Assembly: GCA_963705505.1 (NCBI GenBank)
Contig: CAVPJU010000001.1
Coordinates: 224,001 to 288,000 of the forward strand
Length of the DNA stretch: 64,000 nucleotides
From: an uncultured bacterium
Lineage (GTDB): Bacteria > Desulfobacterota_D > UBA1144 > Nemesobacterales > UBA2774
Direction: 5' to 3'
Below are positions 54,935 through 64,000 of the stretch, one piece after another. Positions within the stretch are counted from its first letter, which is position 1, and the number at the start of each line of letters is the position of its first letter. The position numbers were made by a program, and so were the translations under genes. The notes beneath the pieces were generated by a model. It searched no databases. It was not told the origin of the DNA and worked only from the letters and a program-made list of their open reading frames with translations.

Positions 54935-55813
54935 TTAACCCATGTACGAATCGATGAACTTCTCGTAATGCTCCCTGTGGCCATCGTGCCCGATTTTTTG
55001 CTGTGCGGGCGGGAGTTCCTTCTTGTTGAGAATGAGAGATTCGAGTGAAGCGTGTTCTCCCTTGAATATCCTGCCGATCGGTATCCGTCCTTCTTCTCTC
55101 AACTGGAGGGCTCTTTGAAAAGCCATCCCGCGGTTAGCCGGGTCGTAACCTTCCTCTTCATCGATATTGTAGACCTTGGCTCGCCATTCGCGGTGAGTAT
55201 CGTAATAGGTTACGCAGGGTGAGAGCACTTCGAGGAATGCAAATCCCCTGTTCGATTGAGTATGGTCGAGAGCCGCCTCCATCAATTTTTCCAGCTGCTC
55301 CGGGTTACCGCTGAATCCGCGTGCCAGGAAGGTTGCTGAAGGAAAGCTCAGGCCTAAAAGAATTGAGTCTAATCCTGATTCCGCGTTGTCGTGGTATCCG
55401 GTCGGGCTCGTAGGCGATGCCTGCCCCTTCGTGAGACCGTAATTGCAGTTGTTCATGACTATGTATGTAATGCTCGGATTGCTCTTGAAGGTATGTACGA
55501 GGTGGCCCGCTCCTATCGCGTAACCGTCGCCGTCACCGCCCGCCGCGATAACTGTCAGGTCCGGGTTTGCCAGCTTCGCCCCGGTGGCCGCAGGTAATAC
55601 CCTGCCGTGGAGCGCATGATACCCGTAGCAGGGCAGGTTATTCTGGATCGTGCCGGAGCACCCGATTCCTGCCAGCAGCATGAGCTTGTAGGGAGGTATA
55701 CCCATCTTATGCAGGGCTTTCTCAAGGACTCCCTGAACTGCGAAATCCCCGCACCCTGCACACCATATAGGTCTTGCAGGCGCAAAGGTTTTTGTATGCG
55801 GTTGAGTGCTCAT
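54935..55813 (-). CDS. korB: 2-oxoacid:ferredoxin oxidoreductase beta subunit
   Basis: WCAGCGD, GIGCS, HGR, TPP motif GDGD...NN, GLTKGQ.SPT. Confidence 0.9.
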   Translation of the reverse strand: MSTQPHTKTFAPARPIWCAGCGDFAVQGVLEKALHKMGIPPYKLMLLAGIGCSGTIQNNLPCYGYHALHGRVLPAATGAKLANPDLTVIAAGGDGDGYAIGAGHLVHTFKSNPSITYIVMNNCNYGLTKGQASPTSPTGYHDNAESGLDSILLGLSFPSATFLARGFSGNPEQLEKLMEAALDHTQSNRGFAFLEVLSPCVTYYDTHREWRAKVYNIDEEEGYDPANRGMAFQRALQLREEGRIPIGRIFKGEHASLESLILNKKELPPAQQKIGHDGHREHYEKFIDSYMG

Positions 55814-57627
55814 TGAAGCTTTGCCTCCTTTTTACCCTTTTTTATGACACGGCTCTTAACGATACGGCTTTCTTCCTCGAGGATCCGTTTTACCAGCTCT
55901 GCAGGCCTGAAAGGAATCCCGTCAAACCTCAATATGCTGATTAATTTGTCCGGGTCTGCTCCCTGATGGATCAATATGTGCGCGAGCTGCGCCTGTGCGT
56001 TCAGCTCCACGACGTAGACCCTGCTGCATGTGTCGATAAACTCGAGTATGTCTTCGAGCACGGGCCATACGGTCCTCGGCTGCAGGTACTGAGTCTTGAT
56101 CCCGTCCCTCTCCAGGTCTTCCAGAGCTTCAAGTATAACTCCGAATACGGAACCTATGCCTATGAATCCGATCTCCGCTTTACTATCGCCGAAATGGCGT
56201 GCCCTGGGTAATTCCTTTTTCGCAATTTCGATCTTACCCATGCGTTTGTTCATCATTTTCACACGGTTGACGGGGTCCGTGGATACGAGTCCCCATTCGT
56301 TATGCTCGTTTCCCGTGACGAGAGACAAACCTCCCGGCGTTCCCGGCGCCGCAAACGGCGAAACGTTGTCCTCCGTGAACTGGTAACGTTTATAGGCGTC
56401 CATATTTTCGAGGTCTTTTTCTCCTAGCCGTTTTCCGGGAACTGCGCTGACTTCCTCCAGATTAAACGGTTCGACCGTGGCGATATTTTGTGATAACGCC
56501 TGGTCCATCGCAAGGAAAACCGGGCATTGGTATTTGTCGGCCAGGTTCGTGGCATCGACAGTCAGGTGAAAACAGTCATCCGGATGTCCGGGGGTAAGCA
56601 CTATGCGGGGGAAGTCCCCGTGCCCGCCGAAGACCATGAGGTTGAGGTCGCTCTGCTCGGGCTTGGTCGGCATGCCGGTGCTCGGCCCCGAACGCTGGCA
56701 GTCCACGATCACAAGCGGTATTTCCCCGGAACCCGAGTGTCCGACCCCTTCCTGCATGAGGGAGAACCCGGGACCCGAAGTCGCTACCATCGCCCTCGTT
56801 CCTGTCAGGGCCGCTCCGAGCGCCATATTGATGCCGGCAAGCTCGTCTTCCGTCTGCCTCGCAACGCCTCCGACGCGCGGGAGCCACTCCTGGAGCGTCT
56901 CAAGTATTTCGGATGACGGCGTAATCGGATAGCCGCAGAAAAACCTGCCGCCTGCGACCATGAATCCGAAGGCGACGGATTCGTTGCCCGTGATTATAAG
57001 GCGTTCTTCAGGCTCTGTCTTTTTGATCTTATATAGTCCTTCACCCTCGTGTATGTTCATCTCGTCAGCGAGATGGAAACCCAGGCTGAGCGCCTCGAGG
57101 TTATATTCCAGAACGACCTGTCCCATCCTCTGAAAGCGTTTAATGAACGTCTCGCGGAGCGTTTCGTCTTCGAGTCCCAGGAGACGTCCCACGACGCCGA
57201 AGGCTATACTGTTCTTATAGAGCTCCCTCCGCATCGTGCGCATGGCGATCCTGTTAAACGGGGCGGAATATACCTTAGTCCCCTTCGGGAGTACGGAAGG
57301 GACAGGGCCTCCCGAGTCGTCATAGACTACAATGCTCTTAGGATCGAGCTGGCGCGCATTTTTTTCAACAGCCTCTTCATCGAGAGCTACGAGGAGGTTA
57401 ATATTGCTTCCTATACAGTATCTGTTTCCGGCAAAAGCTCTCATCGTGGCCGCCGCGTGTCCGCCCCTGATTCTCGATAGTACGTCCCTTTCCGTATAGA
57501 CGTTGAGCCCGTTCATTCGCAAAAGCTCTGCAAGCATGGTTATAACGGTAAGCGAGCCGTCTCCTCCCTGGCCCGCTACGATTACGTTCACGTCTTCTAA
57601 AATAGGCCGGTTGTTGTTGGAACTCAT
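55810..57627 (-). CDS. korA: 2-oxoacid:ferredoxin oxidoreductase alpha subunit (gamma-alpha fusion)
   Basis: G.GGDG, RIRGGH, GYPITP, EDE, TSGPG.SLM.E, QRSGPSTG.PT. Confidence 0.92.
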   Translation of the reverse strand: MSSNNNRPILEDVNVIVAGQGGDGSLTVITMLAELLRMNGLNVYTERDVLSRIRGGHAAATMRAFAGNRYCIGSNINLLVALDEEAVEKNARQLDPKSIVVYDDSGGPVPSVLPKGTKVYSAPFNRIAMRTMRRELYKNSIAFGVVGRLLGLEDETLRETFIKRFQRMGQVVLEYNLEALSLGFHLADEMNIHEGEGLYKIKKTEPEERLIITGNESVAFGFMVAGGRFFCGYPITPSSEILETLQEWLPRVGGVARQTEDELAGINMALGAALTGTRAMVATSGPGFSLMQEGVGHSGSGEIPLVIVDCQRSGPSTGMPTKPEQSDLNLMVFGGHGDFPRIVLTPGHPDDCFHLTVDATNLADKYQCPVFLAMDQALSQNIATVEPFNLEEVSAVPGKRLGEKDLENMDAYKRYQFTEDNVSPFAAPGTPGGLSLVTGNEHNEWGLVSTDPVNRVKMMNKRMGKIEIAKKELPRARHFGDSKAEIGFIGIGSVFGVILEALEDLERDGIKTQYLQPRTVWPVLEDILEFIDTCSRVYVVELNAQAQLAHILIHQGADPDKLISILRFDGIPFRPAELVKRILEEESRIVKSRVIKKGKKEAKLQ

Positions 57628-58904
57628 TTAGATGCTTTCCCTCCGTTAGTGGGGTTGTAATCTTTGTAGAGTGTTTTAGGGTTCGTGTTTCCCATCTCGA
57701 TTCTTTCCTGAAGCGTTGGCATCAGAGCCGGCAACGGTTTGTTTCTCTTCATGTTGCAGAGTTTTATCAACAGTTCTTTCGCGCGCGGTTCCGAATCGAC
57801 AGGTTTTACTTCGAAGAGCCCGTCGTCCATAGCCGCCTGAAAAGCCTTGTGTCCGGCCTCCGTTCTCACGGCGACGAATGTCCAGCCGTCAAGACCTATT
57901 CCCCCGACGCCTATATCGGAATGCTCGGCGGAGTAGTCGAGGCAGTACAGGCACGCGGGCCGCGCGAACGGGTGGAAGTCCTTTAATTTCATGATAATCT
58001 CGCGCCCGTCCCTGAGCGTGATTATTACCTTCCCCTTTACGTTCACATTCACTATATCTTTAGGCTCTACATTGAGACTGTCCGCAATGAATTTAATATG
58101 TTCGTGAGTAAAGCTCTCGGAGCAAAAAAGCCCTATTACGAGCGTAACGTTTTTTTGATACCATTTCGCCACTTCAAGACGTATGCTGCTGTACTGCTGC
58201 TGGCGGATTCCGTCGACCTGGCAGGGCACGCCCACAACCGCTATGGGGTGGATGTCCTTTCTCATCGCTTCCGTAAGGGCGACGGTATTTGGCGAATACG
58301 TATAACGGGAGCCGCTGCATGACAAAATTTCCTCAGGTGTAGTCGCGAGCTTCTGAACGCCTACCTGAGGGTTCTCCGGAAGCACGTCCCCCAGCACGGC
58401 GCCCTTTATCGTCCCTTTATTTAAGGCATGTACGAGGAGTGCGCTCGTGACCCCTCCGTCCTGGCCGCGCTTGAGAAAATCCTCCGCTTTCGCACGCGCA
58501 ATGACGGCATAGCTATAGGGTCCGAAGCCTTCATCTATGACGGGCTTTTTAAATCCGAGGAGGGTTTTCAGGTCTTTGTCTAAGGGTCTCAGCACCGGGC
58601 AGACATCAGCGCACAATTCACAGAAAACGCATGCGTCATTCCTCGTGTCGACCGGATGCTCGTCTTTGTAGTCGAAAACGTCTGTGGGGCATATGGTGAC
58701 ACAGGCGGCACAGCCAACGCATTTGCCCGTGTCCACTATCTCGCGCATTAAAAAGTCAACCGCTTTAAATCCGCCGCGGTTGATCTCGGACCGCCAAGCA
58801 TAGGCCCATTCATAAGGATCGACGTCCTGGTCCAGCATGTTGCGGTACCTCTCCTGAACGGCGCGTACCAGTTTCTCATCCCTGCTTAACTCTTCATTGC
58901 TCAT
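57624..58904 (-). CDS. FrhB/FdhB (F420 hydrogenase/dehydrogenase beta-subunit) family protein with N-terminal 2x[4Fe-4S] ferredoxin domain
   Basis: CVGCAACVTICP and CVFCELCADVCP; QDGG.TS, GSRY, VGVPCQ, IGLFC, CLYC. Confidence 0.88.
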   Translation of the reverse strand: MSNEELSRDEKLVRAVQERYRNMLDQDVDPYEWAYAWRSEINRGGFKAVDFLMREIVDTGKCVGCAACVTICPTDVFDYKDEHPVDTRNDACVFCELCADVCPVLRPLDKDLKTLLGFKKPVIDEGFGPYSYAVIARAKAEDFLKRGQDGGVTSALLVHALNKGTIKGAVLGDVLPENPQVGVQKLATTPEEILSCSGSRYTYSPNTVALTEAMRKDIHPIAVVGVPCQVDGIRQQQYSSIRLEVAKWYQKNVTLVIGLFCSESFTHEHIKFIADSLNVEPKDIVNVNVKGKVIITLRDGREIIMKLKDFHPFARPACLYCLDYSAEHSDIGVGGIGLDGWTFVAVRTEAGHKAFQAAMDDGLFEVKPVDSEPRAKELLIKLCNMKRNKPLPALMPTLQERIEMGNTNPKTLYKDYNPTNGGKASK

Positions 58905-59150
58905 AATCCACACTCCCTGTTAGATTATTATGCAGACTTATGATCTTAGGTTATTAATTTTTATACGACTAAGCGGGTCCGGTCAAACTTAATTTTAGCT
59001 CAAAAGCTATATTCTAAATTTTAACTTAAAAGCCCTCGTCAGGAAAGCCTTTTATCATAAAAATTGACTGATATTGTTAAATAATTCCCATTACTTTACC
59101 TTAGCTGTTTATAGTATATCAGTTTTCTATGATTTTATAACAATTTATTG

Positions 59151-59166
59151 TGCATAATTTATGCCA
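59151..59166 (-). promoter_or_regulatory. Sigma54 promoter facing the frhB-like/korAB operon
   Basis: Minus strand TGGCATA-AATT-ATGCA, exact GG-N10-GC spacing. Confidence 0.6.
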
Positions 59167-59235
59167 CATTGCTATTACAATAACTACCTATCTGCACTAT
59201 CTATTTATTATTGAGCAAATTAAGGTCTATGTAAA

Positions 59236-59254
59236 GTGTCAGAAGTTATGACAC
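59236..59254. promoter_or_regulatory. Palindrome, putative enhancer-binding-protein site
   Basis: GTGTCA-N7-TGACAC, 70 bp upstream of the -24 element. Confidence 0.55.
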
Positions 59255-59430
59255 ATTAATATTAATATATTAGGTCGATGTAAAAATGCAACCACTTTAT
59301 GTATGGCGTGACAGGCAGGTTTCCCGGGGTTCTCGGCAAATCGTTTGGATTAGAATTGCCAGACGGTTATTCTATTGCTTAAATTCGGCTCGCCGGGTTG
59401 AAGTTATGGAGACGCCCGGACAATTTTAAT

Positions 59431-60357
59431 ATGATACACGTCCACAATCTTACGAAGCGGTACGGGAACCTTGTCGCAGTAGAAAATCTGTCGTTCCGGC
59501 TCGACAGGGGGGACGTGCTGGGTTTTCTCGGTCCGAACGGAGCCGGAAAGACGACTACCATGCGTATTATCACAGGCTACATGCCCCCTACGAGGGGCAC
59601 GGTTCATATTGAAGGAGTGGATATATTCGATAACCCTCTCCATGCCAAGAAGCTGATCGGCTATCTTCCTGAAAACCCGCCTCTTTATAACGATATGACA
59701 GTGGCCGAATACCTCGATTTCGTAGCCGACATCAAGCAGGTAAAAAAGAAAGAGAAAAAGAGCAAGATATTTTACGTGCTCGAGAAGTGCGGGCTCACCG
59801 AAGTAAGGAGGCGTATCATAGGCCACCTTTCCAAGGGGTACAGACAGCGTGTGGGAATAGCGCAGGCTCTCGTCAACAACCCCCCTGTCCTGATTCTGGA
59901 TGAGCCGACTATCGGGCTCGACCCGGTGCAGATAATAGAGATCAGGGACCTGATAAAGAGCCTCTCGGGCGAGCGCACGGTGATACTGAGCACTCATATA
60001 CTCCCCGAGGTCACGATGATATGCAGTAAGGTCGTTATAATCAACGAAGGAAAGATAGTGCTCGAGGAGTCGCTTCAGTATCTGTCCGAGAGCTTAAGAA
60101 ATTCCCAGAATCTTTTACTCAGGGTTAGGCAGAACGGCGACGGTGTGAAAGAAAAAATCCTTTCCGTCAAAGGTGTGGCGGGCGTGAAATCGGGATCCTC
60201 GGGGGAATTCATCATTACACCCTCGGACGGCATGGAAATAAGGGAAGAGCTTGTCAGGCTCGTCGTGGAAAACGATCTGGGTCTTCTCGAATTGAGACCG
60301 CTTGTGAATACGCTCGAAGAGATTTTTCTGAAAGTTATATCCTCTGAAGGGAATTAG
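59431..60357 (+). CDS. ABC transporter ATP-binding protein (GldA-like)
   Basis: GPNGAGKTT, LSKGYRQR, ILDEP, STH. Confidence 0.93.
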   Translation: MIHVHNLTKRYGNLVAVENLSFRLDRGDVLGFLGPNGAGKTTTMRIITGYMPPTRGTVHIEGVDIFDNPLHAKKLIGYLPENPPLYNDMTVAEYLDFVADIKQVKKKEKKSKIFYVLEKCGLTEVRRRIIGHLSKGYRQRVGIAQALVNNPPVLILDEPTIGLDPVQIIEIRDLIKSLSGERTVILSTHILPEVTMICSKVVIINEGKIVLEESLQYLSESLRNSQNLLLRVRQNGDGVKEKILSVKGVAGVKSGSSGEFIITPSDGMEIREELVRLVVENDLGLLELRPLVNTLEEIFLKVISSEGN

Positions 60358-61110
60358 ATGAAGGCGCTTTATACTATTATTAAAAGGGAATTGAGGTCTT
60401 ATTTTGCTTCCCCGCTCGCATACATAATTCTCGTTGTATTTCAGGTCATCTCGGCGAGGTTCTTTTTCCTCTATCTCCAGGGGTTCCTCCAGTTCCAATT
60501 CGATCCGAGCTATCAGCTGCAAACGGGCGAACTGAATCTGAATAACCTGGTCGTGCTTCCGTACTTTGGGACCATAAGCATCGTACTTCTCCTTATAGTG
60601 CCGCTCATAACCATGAGACTGATCGCCGATGAGAAAAAGAATTATACGGCGGAGCTGCTCTTCACATCTCCCATCAGGATACGCACGATAGTCCTAGGGA
60701 AGTTTATCTCTGCTCTGATTCTTCTCTTGATAATGCTGGTTTTGTCATCGATCAATATTTTCGTGCTTATGGTTCACGGCAACCCCGATCTCGGGGCTGT
60801 CTTTTCGGGTTACATAGGGCTGTTTTTATTAGGGGCTTCATTCCTGTCAGTCGGGATTTTCGCCTCGTCGCTTACGGAGAATCAATTAATAGCGGCCGTG
60901 ATCAGTTTCGGCGTCCTGCTCCTCCTATGGCTCGTGGGCGCTTTATCGGACGCCGAGAGCTCGGTCATGGGCTACATCTCGGTAATCAATCATTACGAAG
61001 ACTTCAGCAAGGGATTGATAGAGTTGAAGGACGTGGTCTATTATCTGTCCCTCATATTCCTGGGCCTGTTTCTCACCTACACTTCGCTTGAATCGGAGAG
61101 GTGGAGATGA
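60358..61110 (+). CDS. ABC-2 permease (GldF-like)
   Basis: KREL..YF.SP, TMRL.A.E, GKF, S.LTENQ, six TM segments. Confidence 0.88.
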   Translation: MKALYTIIKRELRSYFASPLAYIILVVFQVISARFFFLYLQGFLQFQFDPSYQLQTGELNLNNLVVLPYFGTISIVLLLIVPLITMRLIADEKKNYTAELLFTSPIRIRTIVLGKFISALILLLIMLVLSSINIFVLMVHGNPDLGAVFSGYIGLFLLGASFLSVGIFASSLTENQLIAAVISFGVLLLLWLVGALSDAESSVMGYISVINHYEDFSKGLIELKDVVYYLSLIFLGLFLTYTSLESERWR

Positions 61111-62468
61111 AGAGAAGGAGGCTTATTTACGGTACGAACGCTCTGATTTCCGTTTTGAGCGTCTGCGGTATCCTCATCGTGCTGAATTACATTTTTTTCA
61201 AATCCGACATCCGGATCGATATGACCGAAGGTCGGCTCTACACGGTCTCAGAGCATACTGTCGGGGTGATCGAGAATATAAGCGGCGATGTCGAGATTCT
61301 TGCGTTTTTTAAAGATGTGGGGATGGACAGGAGCGAATTTCAGGACCTTATAAAGGAATATTCGAGAAGGTCCGGAAAGATAAAAATCAGGTATGTAAAT
61401 CCGGACAAAGAGCCCGGTATCGCGAAGAAGTACGATATCAAGGAGTACGGCACCGTCGTGCTCGTGGACGGGGATCAGACGATTAAGCTGAGGCTCGCGG
61501 ACCACATATCGGGAGGGATCCTCAAAAACGCGGAAGAGGAGATTACGAACGCCCTTTTCAAGCTAAACAGGGTAGTCCACAAAACGGTTTATTTCCTTAC
61601 GGGACACGGGGAGCGGGACATGGGGGACGACCTTGAGCCGGAGGGCCTGGGGGTATTGAAGGGCGCTCTCAAAGACGAAGGCTATGATGTGAAGGAGTTC
61701 CTCTTTCTGAGGGGGGACCCGCTTCCTAAAAAAGACACGGTGCTTATGGTGGCGGCTCCGAAGCAGGCTTTATCCCTCAAGGAGATAAGCGATATCAAGG
61801 ACTATCTCGACCATGGCGGGAAAGCGATATTTCTGATAGAGCCCAGATCAGGGGGAGAGCTCGCCTCCGTTTTAAAGAACTACGGCTTCGTCATAGCGAA
61901 TGATATTATCGTCGATCCAAGCTCCAAGCTCGAAGGGGGAGGGGATATTGCTCCGATTGTCGCCCAGTACGCTCATCACGACATCACCGAAGGGTTCAGG
62001 TACGCGACTATATTCCCCTATTCAAGGAGCATCGAAGTTGCCGACCTGGACGGATTCGATTCGACCGTGCTCGCCCACACAGGTGAATACAGCTGGTCCG
62101 AAACCAATTTCGAGCTCTTCGACCAGGGCGTCGCGCAGCAGGAACCGGGCGAAAAGAAAGGCCCTCTCGGAGTAGCCGCAGTCGTCGAGGACGGGCACAA
62201 TTCCAGAATAGCCGTATTCGGAAGTGTAGACTTCGTCTCGAATATATTTATCGACTTTTCCGGCAACAGGGACCTGTTTCTCAACACTGTCAACTGGGTC
62301 GCTGGCGATGAGAACCTGATTTCGATACGGCCGAGAGCGGCTAAAGAGGGGAAATTAACGATAACGAAAAAACAGACTAATATAATATTTTTCTTTACTG
62401 TAGTATTAATGCCGGCGGTAATCTTTTTTTCGGGTATGGGTATTTGGTGGAAGAGGAGAAGGCTTTGA
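61107..62468 (+). CDS. GldG-family ABC auxiliary component
   Basis: RIDMT...YT.S, YFLTGHGE, N.DLF.N.VNW, N- and C-terminal TM; ATGA overlap with the permease. Confidence 0.85.
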   Translation: MKRRRLIYGTNALISVLSVCGILIVLNYIFFKSDIRIDMTEGRLYTVSEHTVGVIENISGDVEILAFFKDVGMDRSEFQDLIKEYSRRSGKIKIRYVNPDKEPGIAKKYDIKEYGTVVLVDGDQTIKLRLADHISGGILKNAEEEITNALFKLNRVVHKTVYFLTGHGERDMGDDLEPEGLGVLKGALKDEGYDVKEFLFLRGDPLPKKDTVLMVAAPKQALSLKEISDIKDYLDHGGKAIFLIEPRSGGELASVLKNYGFVIANDIIVDPSSKLEGGGDIAPIVAQYAHHDITEGFRYATIFPYSRSIEVADLDGFDSTVLAHTGEYSWSETNFELFDQGVAQQEPGEKKGPLGVAAVVEDGHNSRIAVFGSVDFVSNIFIDFSGNRDLFLNTVNWVAGDENLISIRPRAAKEGKLTITKKQTNIIFFFTVVLMPAVIFFSGMGIWWKRRRL

Positions 62469-62527
62469 TGTTCATTCTCTTCCCGGATTTTGCGAGCCGC
62501 AGTTAATGAAGTAACTGAGCCTATAAA

Positions 62528-63478
62528 TTGAGCAGCTATCTGAAAAGGTTTGCCGGCACCATAATCGCATTCGTCATATTCGTTCTTCTTCTCGCGTCTG
62601 TCCTGTTGTTCGACAGAGAAAAACATACTGAGCCTAAACTGGATAAAGTTTTCCCCGGTATAAATACTGAGGAGATCCGGTCTATCAGGGTGAAATCCGC
62701 CGGCAGAGAGTTCGTCCTCGAAAAAGGAGACGACGGCTGGTTCGTCGTAAGCGGTTCAGAAAAGCTCAAAGCCGATAAGGGCGCTGTGGACGACCTGATC
62801 AAGAATGTGAAGGAGATGGAGGTCGAGAAGGTGGTTTCGAGGGATTCCGCGAAACTGGACGACTACGGGATCGTCAAATCCGATACGGAGTTTTCGGTAA
62901 AGACTTCGGTAAAGACTAAGGATGACGAGTACCCTTTGATAATCGGGGATAAGACTCCCGTCGGCCCGGATGTATACGTTTACGACCTCGGCGAGGGGAG
63001 AGTCCTCATCGTTAAAGATAAGTACCTTGCGGGGTTCATGAATAAGAGCCCCGAAGACTTGAGAGATAAGACAATCCTGACGTTCGATAAGGAGAGCATC
63101 AACAGCATAACTTTCAAGGTCGGCGGCTTCTCTGCAGACCTCATGAAGGAGAACGGCAAGTGGGTCGAAGTGATAAATCTGGACCGCCATACGGCGGATC
63201 AGAAAAAGATACACGAGATTATCGATGCGTTTGCGGAAATGAAGGCGGACGGGTTTCCGGACGACGAGCCTCTGGATTTGAGTAAGTACGGCCTGGCCGA
63301 GCCCACTGCCGAAATCAAATTCTATATCGAAGGAAAAGGAGTTGCCGTATTATTCGGGAAAAGGAAGGACGAAGAAAACTATTACGTACAATTGAGTGAT
63401 GGAGCCCCTGTTTATTCCGTCTCGAAAAATTATTTCAAGATTCTGCCTAAGAACAATGAAGAGCTCCTGAGTCGATGA
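62528..63478 (+). CDS. DUF4340-domain protein
   Basis: N-terminal anchor, two repeats with L..YG motifs, LRDK; usual position after GldG. Confidence 0.75.
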   Translation: MSSYLKRFAGTIIAFVIFVLLLASVLLFDREKHTEPKLDKVFPGINTEEIRSIRVKSAGREFVLEKGDDGWFVVSGSEKLKADKGAVDDLIKNVKEMEVEKVVSRDSAKLDDYGIVKSDTEFSVKTSVKTKDDEYPLIIGDKTPVGPDVYVYDLGEGRVLIVKDKYLAGFMNKSPEDLRDKTILTFDKESINSITFKVGGFSADLMKENGKWVEVINLDRHTADQKKIHEIIDAFAEMKADGFPDDEPLDLSKYGLAEPTAEIKFYIEGKGVAVLFGKRKDEENYYVQLSDGAPVYSVSKNYFKILPKNNEELLSR

Positions 63479-63604
63479 CCCTACCGGATATGAAATCACA
63501 CCTCTGGATCCCGCCTTTATAAGCATGACTTCCCGATCGCAGGAATAACTGTGATTCCCGGTTTTAATTGAATTACCGTGCGGCGCGAGGGTGATAAACG
63601 TGCC

Positions 63605-64000
<396 letters not shown>

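Noticed and set aside
59431..63478. Gliding motility system
   Set aside because: GldA/F/G-like ABC modules with DUF4340 are widespread in non-gliding bacteria; no T9SS or motor genes are present here

Overview
Bacterial chromosomal segment, mostly housekeeping: alpha-2-macroglobulin/pbpC, metY-metX, trxB, ygfZ-like, mreBCD-mrdA-rodA, an A2-type caa3 cytochrome c oxidase operon, pepF, recG, sucAB, a Gld-like ABC transporter and the 3' end of aspS. A deltaproteobacteria-like host (possibly Ca. Dadabacteria) is my impression only. Three things stand out. (1) An AT-rich ~10.25 kb tyrosine-integrase element (about 33700-44051) sits in tRNA-Pro(CGG) in the reverse of the usual arrangement: it duplicates the promoter and the 5' half of the tRNA rather than the 3' end. 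It has recognisable arm-type repeats and carries a 1573-aa TPR protein with an N-terminal NDT/TIR-like domain, an SGNH/ATP-grasp pair and a small Cys/His protein. (2) An FrhB/FpoF-like flavo-Fe-S gene is translationally coupled to a two-subunit 2-oxoacid:ferredoxin oxidoreductase directly upstream of sucAB. (3) Four sigma54-type (-24/-12) promoters with upstream palindromes, one preceding an alternative sigma70-family gene. All calls come from reading motifs by eye; no searches were run.
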